This document shows, in pieces, positions 34,701-40,000 of a DNA stretch of 40,000 nucleotides; position 1 is the first letter of the stretch; each line of letters starts with the position of its first letter. The position numbers and the translations under genes are program-made. The notes below the pieces were generated by a model that saw nothing but the letters and a program-made list of their open reading frames with translations, was not told the origin of the DNA and made no database searches. This DNA comes from an uncultured Clostridia bacterium (GTDB lineage: Bacteria; Bacillota; Clostridia; TANB77; CAG-508): contig CANQZV010000001.1 of NCBI GenBank assembly GCA_947628425.1, positions 1-40,000 of the forward strand, read 5' to 3'.

Positions 34701-35246
34701 TTAACCTAAAATAACAGAGGTAGGAATATAAGCATCATCTGGTGGATAAACAAATTCTTCATCTGGTTTTTGAGTTTCTTCTATACTATTAATTTCAATA
34801 ACAGGTATTTGATTATGATAATATCCCTTTACAATAGTTCCTGAAACATTTACCCAAGTTCCATCTTTAAAGTTTTTAGAAAGATCTGATGTACATAGAA
34901 AACCGACAACTACACTTTGTGAGTCAGAATTAATCAACATATCTCTTGCTAAAACAAATTCAGTAGATTTCATATCTTCTAATCTATATACATATCCTGT
35001 AAAATTAATAGATTGACCAACATATGTATCTATATTATTATAAACTTCTTCTAAGATGTTTGTGTATTGATTTGCATCAATATTAGCAATATTATTTGAG
35101 TTTATATTATCATCTACTTTAAATTTAGATTGATGGAAAATATTAAAAACTGAAAATATTAAAAGAATTGAAGCTATAATTAAAATAAAAGCTAAGGTAC
35201 CTTTAAATAATGTATTTCCATTTATTTTAAAATTATAAATAAACAT
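34701..35246 (-). CDS. Single-TM protein with a DUF1980/TIGR03943-like C-terminal domain
   Basis: N-terminal TM segment (LAFILIIASILLIFSVF). The C-terminal pattern is INFTGYVYRLEDMKSTEFVLARDML...DGTWVNVSGTIVKGYYHNQIPVIEINSIEETQKPDEEFVYPP. This resembles the DUF1980 domain (GFVYR...F.v.R....WV.V.G.....P.i....I....P..PYVYP), but the CC motif is absent. Confidence 0.5.
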   Translation of the reverse strand: MFIYNFKINGNTLFKGTLAFILIIASILLIFSVFNIFHQSKFKVDDNINSNNIANIDANQYTNILEEVYNNIDTYVGQSINFTGYVYRLEDMKSTEFVLARDMLINSDSQSVVVGFLCTSDLSKNFKDGTWVNVSGTIVKGYYHNQIPVIEINSIEETQKPDEEFVYPPDDAYIPTSVILG

Positions 35247-35588
35247 ATAATTACCTCCATTACAGTAAATATTTAAAGTAATCTTTTAGTTAATATTATG
35301 CTTTTATTTTAAGTTATATGTTATATATTCATAATGAGAAATATAAAATTTACAATATAAACTAAAATAAAAAGGTAGTATAAGTGTATATCTCTAAATT
35401 AAAAACGATAAATATAAATAATGATACTTTTTTTTATATAAAATTTATAAAAACTCTTTATCTTTTTTTCTTTTTATAATATAATATTATTGCTTATTGT
35501 ATATATGTTAAAATATTGTATAAATATGCAACAAATATAGAAGACCAATTATAAATTGTTTATTCTTTTAGAAAGGAATTAAATATAT

Positions 35589-38216
35589 ATGAAAAAATCT
35601 AATAATAAAAGTGAAAAAGTAAATAAAACTGGAACAACTACAAATAAAACAAAACAAAATAAAAACAATAAAAAAAATAATTCAAAAAAGAAGTCTATTG
35701 TTAAAAAAGTAATAATTATCTTTGTTATTTTATTAATTATAGGAGCTGGTATTTTAGCTGGTGTTCTTTTTGGATTATTTGGTAATAAATATGCTATTAC
35801 TAAAGATGATTTAATAATTAAATATGTTAATAGTGTTATTGTTAATGACGATGGTGATTTAATTGCAACTCTTAGTGCTCAAGAAAATAGAAAAATTTTA
35901 ACTAAAGCAGAAATGGGTGAATATTTACCAAAAGCTTTTGTTTCTATTGAAGACGAAAGATTTTATAAACACCATGGAGTTGATTTAAAAAGAACAGCTG
36001 CTGCAGTTGTAACCTTTATATTTAATAAAGGGGAATCTCCTTTTGGCGGAAGTACAATTACACAACAACTTGTAAAAAACATTACTAATGAAAAAGATGA
36101 TTCAGGCACAGCAGGTGCAATTAGAAAAATTAAAGAAATTGTAAGAGCATATCAAGTTGAAAACATATTATCTAAAGACCAAATACTAGAATTATATATG
36201 AATATTATTTTCTTAGGTGGAAAAGTACATGGAGTTGGTATGGCTGCTGAATATTACTTTAATAAAGAAGCTTCAGAGTTAAGCATTGCTCAAAGTGCTT
36301 TCATTGCAGGTATTACAAATTCTCCAAATTCTTATAGACCTTTTGATGATAAACCAAATACGGAAACAATTAATAAAAGAACAAAAACTGTTTTAACAAA
36401 AATGCACGATTTAGGTTATATTACAGATGAAGAATTTCAAAAAGCAAATGAAGAAGTAGATAAAGGTTTAAAATTTAAAAAAGGAAAATTAATAGATCAA
36501 TCTTCTTATTCTTCTCATACTGAAGCACTAATTAATCAAATTATTAACCAGTTAGTAACTGAAAAGGGAATGGAAACAGAATATGCAAAAACATATTTAT
36601 ATAGTGGAGGATTTACAATTCATTCAACTGAAAAAGCTTCTATACAGAAGGCATTAGAAGATGAATATTCAAAGAAAACATATCAAGTAAAATCAAGAGA
36701 AACAAAAGATAAAGAAACTGGAAAATATGTAACAGCACAATCTGCTACTGTTATAATAGATCAAAAAACAGGTCATGTTTTAGGCAGTATAGGTAATTTA
36801 GGTGAAAAAAGTTCTTTTGGTTTACTAAATAGAGCTGTTCAATCTAAACGTCAACCAGGTTCTTCTATTAAACCAATTGGTGTATATGGACCATCTTTAG
36901 AAGAAGGAATTATTACAGCTTCATCTGTATATGATGATGTACCAATTTCTTATGGAGATTGGAGCCCTAAAAATGCATATAGTGGTTATAAAGGATTATC
37001 TAATATGAGGCAGGCAATAAGAGTTTCTACAAACACAGTTGCTGTTCAAGTATTAGAAGATTTAACTGCTAATAAAGCAATTAAATATATGAAGAAAATG
37101 GGAGTTACAAGTTTAAATGAAAATAAAGATAATAATTTATCATTATCTTTAGGTGGAATATATGATGGTATTAGCCCATTACAAATGGCAGGTGCATATG
37201 CAACTATTGCAAATGATGGTGAATATATTACACCAACATTTTATACAAAAATGGAAGATAGCAATGGAAAAATAATTATGGAAGCAACTCAAGAAAAAGA
37301 AAGGGTATTTTCTAAAGAAAATGCATATATATTAAAAGAACTATTAACTGAACCAACTAAATCTGGAGGTACAGCATCTAATTGTAAAATATCTAAAATG
37401 GAAACAGCAGCTAAAACAGGTACAACAACAGATAATAAAGATAAATGGTTATGTGGATTTACACCATATTATACAGCTGCTACATGGTTTGGATATGATA
37501 TACCAGAAACTGTATATACTACAACATATGCAAGTGTTATATGGAAAAATGTAATGTCTAATATTCATAAAGGTTTAGATGCTAAATCTTTTGAAAAACC
37601 AAGTAATATTGTAACTGCAAGCGTTTGCAAAGATTCTGGATTACTTGCAACAGATGCTTGTAAAGATGATCCTAGAGGAAGCAGAGTTTACACAGAATAT
37701 TTTGTTAAAGGAACGGTTCCTAAAAAATCTTGTTCAACTCATGTATCAGCAGAAATCTGTAAAGAATCCGGAAAAATCGCAACAGACAAATGTACTAAAA
37801 AGGAAACTAAAGTATTTATTACTAGAGATACAGACAGCAAGTTATGGAAAAAAGCAGGAGATGCAAAATATATGCTTCCAACTGATGAATGTAAAAAATG
37901 TAAAGGAGATAAAAAAGCTCCTACAATTAAGCTAAATGGAAATAGTACAGTTACGTTAAAATTAAATGAATCATATGTTGAACAGGGTGCAACGGCAAAG
38001 GATAATATTGATGGAGATTTAACTTCAAAAATAGAAATAAAAGGAAGTGTGGATACTTCTAAAGTAGGAACTTATGTAATTACTTATACTGTAAAAGATT
38101 CTAATGATAATATAGCTACAGTTACAAGAAAAGTTATTGTAGAAAGTGCTGCAGTTACAGAACCTCCAACAGATGAAAAAAATGAAATACCAGAAGAGAA
38201 TAATACTGTTACATAA
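35589..38216 (+). CDS. Class A penicillin-binding protein (glycosyltransferase + transpeptidase) with a Cys-motif and Ig-like C-terminal extension
   Basis: Basic N-terminus plus a TM segment. GT51 motifs EDERFYKHHGVD and GGSTITQQL. Transpeptidase motifs SSIK, STN and KTGTT. The C-terminus has two CK[DE]SGxxATDxC repeats and a DUF5011-like Ig domain (APTIKLNG...GATAKDNIDGDLTSKI...VGTYVITYTVKDSNDN). Confidence 0.92.
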   Translation: MKKSNNKSEKVNKTGTTTNKTKQNKNNKKNNSKKKSIVKKVIIIFVILLIIGAGILAGVLFGLFGNKYAITKDDLIIKYVNSVIVNDDGDLIATLSAQENRKILTKAEMGEYLPKAFVSIEDERFYKHHGVDLKRTAAAVVTFIFNKGESPFGGSTITQQLVKNITNEKDDSGTAGAIRKIKEIVRAYQVENILSKDQILELYMNIIFLGGKVHGVGMAAEYYFNKEASELSIAQSAFIAGITNSPNSYRPFDDKPNTETINKRTKTVLTKMHDLGYITDEEFQKANEEVDKGLKFKKGKLIDQSSYSSHTEALINQIINQLVTEKGMETEYAKTYLYSGGFTIHSTEKASIQKALEDEYSKKTYQVKSRETKDKETGKYVTAQSATVIIDQKTGHVLGSIGNLGEKSSFGLLNRAVQSKRQPGSSIKPIGVYGPSLEEGIITASSVYDDVPISYGDWSPKNAYSGYKGLSNMRQAIRVSTNTVAVQVLEDLTANKAIKYMKKMGVTSLNENKDNNLSLSLGGIYDGISPLQMAGAYATIANDGEYITPTFYTKMEDSNGKIIMEATQEKERVFSKENAYILKELLTEPTKSGGTASNCKISKMETAAKTGTTTDNKDKWLCGFTPYYTAATWFGYDIPETVYTTTYASVIWKNVMSNIHKGLDAKSFEKPSNIVTASVCKDSGLLATDACKDDPRGSRVYTEYFVKGTVPKKSCSTHVSAEICKESGKIATDKCTKKETKVFITRDTDSKLWKKAGDAKYMLPTDECKKCKGDKKAPTIKLNGNSTVTLKLNESYVEQGATAKDNIDGDLTSKIEIKGSVDTSKVGTYVITYTVKDSNDNIATVTRKVIVESAAVTEPPTDEKNEIPEENNTVT

Positions 38217-38238
38217 ATAAAAGAATTGAGGAGATATA

Positions 38239-39621
38239 ATGATAAATTTTTATAATACTCTTTCTAAAAAAAAGGAAGAATTTATACCAATTAATCCTAA
38301 AGAGGTAAAAATTTATACATGTGGGCCAACTGTTTATTATTATGCACATATAGGAAATTTAAGAGCATATTTATTTATGGATTCATTAAGAAGAGTTTTA
38401 AAATATAATGGTTTCAATCTAAAACATGTTATGAATATAACAGATGTAGGACATTTAGTTTCAGATGCTGATGAAGGCGAAGACAAAATGTTAAAGGCAG
38501 CAAAAAGAGAAAATAAAGACCCATATGAAATAGCAAATTATTACATGAATAGGTTTTTAAGTGATTTAGATGAACTTAATATTGAAAAACCAGAAATTAT
38601 AGCCAGAGCAACAGAACATATTAAAGATATGGAAGAATATGTAAAACAGATTATAAAAAATGGATATGCCTATGAAACAGAAAATACAATTTATTTTGAT
38701 ACATCTAAATTAGATAAATACGGAGTATTATCAAATTTAGATGCAGATAACCTAAAGGCAGGCGCAAGAATAAATTTAGACCCTAACAAAAAGAATATTA
38801 CAGATTTTGCTTTATGGATAAAGGCACCTGAAAATCATTTAATGAAATGGGATTCTTTTTGGGGAAAATGTTACCCTGGATGGCATTTAGAGTGCTCTGC
38901 TATGAGTAATAAATATTTAGGAGAAGAATTTGATATTCATACTGGAGGAATTGACCATATACCAGTTCACCATGAAAATGAAATTGCACAGGGAAAAGGT
39001 TATTGTGGAAAAATTCCAGCACATTATTGGATGCATGTTGAATTTTTACAAGTTAATGCTAGAAAAATGTCAAAAAGCTTAAATAATTTATACACTCTTG
39101 ATGATTTAAAACAAAAAGGTTATTCTCCAATGGATTTTAAAATGTTTAATTTATCAACTTTATATAGAAAAGATATTAATTTTACATTTGAGGCAATGGA
39201 TGCTGCTAAAATATCCTTAAAAAGATTAAAGGAAAGTTACCAAAATCATTTAAAAGGAAATGATATAATAGATCCAGAATTTATAAAAAAATGTAAAAAA
39301 CAATTTTTAGAAGCAATTAATGATGACTTAAATATGCCACAAGCAATGAGTGTTGTATGGGAAATTGCAAGATATTCTAAAAAATCAAAGCAATTAGCTA
39401 ATATATTACTAGAATTTGATAAAGTTTTAGGTTTGCAAATTGATAAAAAAGAACAAGAGAATGAATTACCAATAGAAATTAAGGAAATAATACAACAAAG
39501 GAAAGAAGCAAGAAATAGAAAAGATTTTAAACAATCAGATGAATTAAGAGATAAATTAATAATGTTAGGTTATGAAGTAAAAGATACAAAAGAAGGAATG
39601 GAAGTAATAAAAATTAATTAA
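38239..39621 (+). CDS. cysS: Cysteine--tRNA ligase
   Basis: RBS gaggag. The HIGH-type motif (CGPTVYYYAHIGNLR), KMSKS and WHLECSAM are typical of CysRS. Confidence 0.95.
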   Translation: MINFYNTLSKKKEEFIPINPKEVKIYTCGPTVYYYAHIGNLRAYLFMDSLRRVLKYNGFNLKHVMNITDVGHLVSDADEGEDKMLKAAKRENKDPYEIANYYMNRFLSDLDELNIEKPEIIARATEHIKDMEEYVKQIIKNGYAYETENTIYFDTSKLDKYGVLSNLDADNLKAGARINLDPNKKNITDFALWIKAPENHLMKWDSFWGKCYPGWHLECSAMSNKYLGEEFDIHTGGIDHIPVHHENEIAQGKGYCGKIPAHYWMHVEFLQVNARKMSKSLNNLYTLDDLKQKGYSPMDFKMFNLSTLYRKDINFTFEAMDAAKISLKRLKESYQNHLKGNDIIDPEFIKKCKKQFLEAINDDLNMPQAMSVVWEIARYSKKSKQLANILLEFDKVLGLQIDKKEQENELPIEIKEIIQQRKEARNRKDFKQSDELRDKLIMLGYEVKDTKEGMEVIKIN

Positions 39622-39682
39622 TTTTAAATAAAAGATTGTTTTTAATAAATATTCAAAATTATAATAAAAGGAGAAAAAAGTA

Positions 39683-40000
39683 ATGTCAGAAGAAGTAAAA
39701 AAACAAGGTTTTTTTAAAAATGTATTAAAAAGTATAAAAGATTTTGATAAATACGAAGATTTTGCTTTAGAAACACGTGGAGTAGCTTTTAAATATTTAA
39801 TTAAATTAATAACTATATTTTGTATTATTATTTCTATTGTTTATACCTATAAAATTGTTGATAATGTAAATAATCTATATGTTGGGCTAAAAGATAAATT
39901 ACCAGATTTTTCATATCAAGATGGAAATTTGAAAGCAAATAGTGAAAATCCAACAATTATAGAAGATTATGGAAACATGTTAGGTGTAATTATTGTAGAT
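39683..40000 (+). CDS. Membrane protein, 5' partial at the window edge (DUF1189/YvdJ-like N-terminus, tentative)
   Basis: RBS aaaggag. ATG 39683 opens a frame that stays open to the window end: MSEEVKKQGFFKNVLKSIKDFDKYEDFALETRGVAFKYLIKLITIFCIIISIVY... The family call is from memory of DUF1189 N-termini and is weak. Confidence 0.6.
   Translation, partial: MSEEVKKQGFFKNVLKSIKDFDKYEDFALETRGVAFKYLIKLITIFCIIISIVYTYKIVDNVNNLYVGLKDKLPDFSYQDGNLKANSENPTIIEDYGNMLGVIIVD

Noticed and set aside
3819-37935. Shadow ORFs inside or antisense to well-supported genes: 3819..4013, 4714..5061, 5698..6015, 7892..8263, 8878..9135, 9939..10127, 14114..14455, 16574..16777, 20401..20670, 20529..20888, 22521..22823, 23123..23335, 23520..23870, 24464..24670, 25549..25791, 30401..30703, 33066..33398, 34185..34457 and 37645..37935.
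   Set aside because: Each is nested in a longer ORF carrying clear family motifs. They lack RBSs and recognisable motifs, and their compositions are typical of antisense or off-frame reading.
1-40000. CRISPR arrays, IS elements or transposases, rRNA genes, group I/II introns and toxin-antitoxin pairs.
   Set aside because: No spaced direct-repeat array, no terminal inverted repeats flanking a transposase-like ORF and no rRNA-like G/C-rich structured block was seen. No additional adjacent small-ORF pair has toxin-like motifs; the XRE/48-aa pair is better explained as Spo0E-like.

Overview
This is a very AT-rich chromosomal segment from an endospore-forming Firmicute, probably Clostridia-like. 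Supporting genes are pro-sigma-K, a gerA-type germinant-receptor operon, YtvI, a YhcV-like CBS protein, anaerobic NrdDG and an LPXTG/sortase pair. The window holds about 40 protein genes plus one tRNA-Gln. Most are core housekeeping genes: rsmD, ftsK, a beta-CASP nuclease, nrdDG, prfB, mutS2, folD, dprA, rpsO-pnp, a class A PBP and cysS. There is also an envelope-glycosylation block: a processive GT2, then a Tmk-like kinase, GtrA and a polyprenyl-phosphate GT2. I found no CRISPR array, IS/transposase, integrase, rRNA or recognisable defence or toxin system, and I cannot honestly point to a clear novel multi-gene system. Five items most deserve a second look. (1) A 48-codon Spo0E-like ORF, missed by the ORF track, is translationally coupled to a bare-HTH XRE regulator next to the LPXTG/sortase pair. 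(2) A 54-codon two-TM ORF follows gerC (candidate germinant-receptor D subunit), and that GerC lacks the lipobox Cys and carries a Gly/Ser-rich insert. (3) Two copies of a GTTGCA-N2-TGCAAC dyad lie between a Crp/Fnr regulator and nrdDG, the second forming a terminator-like leader hairpin. (4) A 525-aa unrecognisable protein sits between ftsK and the beta-CASP nuclease. (5) Three conserved genes (sortase, DUF368 protein, mutS2) are each broken by what looks like one inserted base, two of them in homopolymers; this fits sequencing error as well as biology. Every CDS here ends in TAA or TAG, never TGA, and prfB lacks the usual programmed +1 frameshift. All function calls rest on motif recognition by eye, not on database searches.
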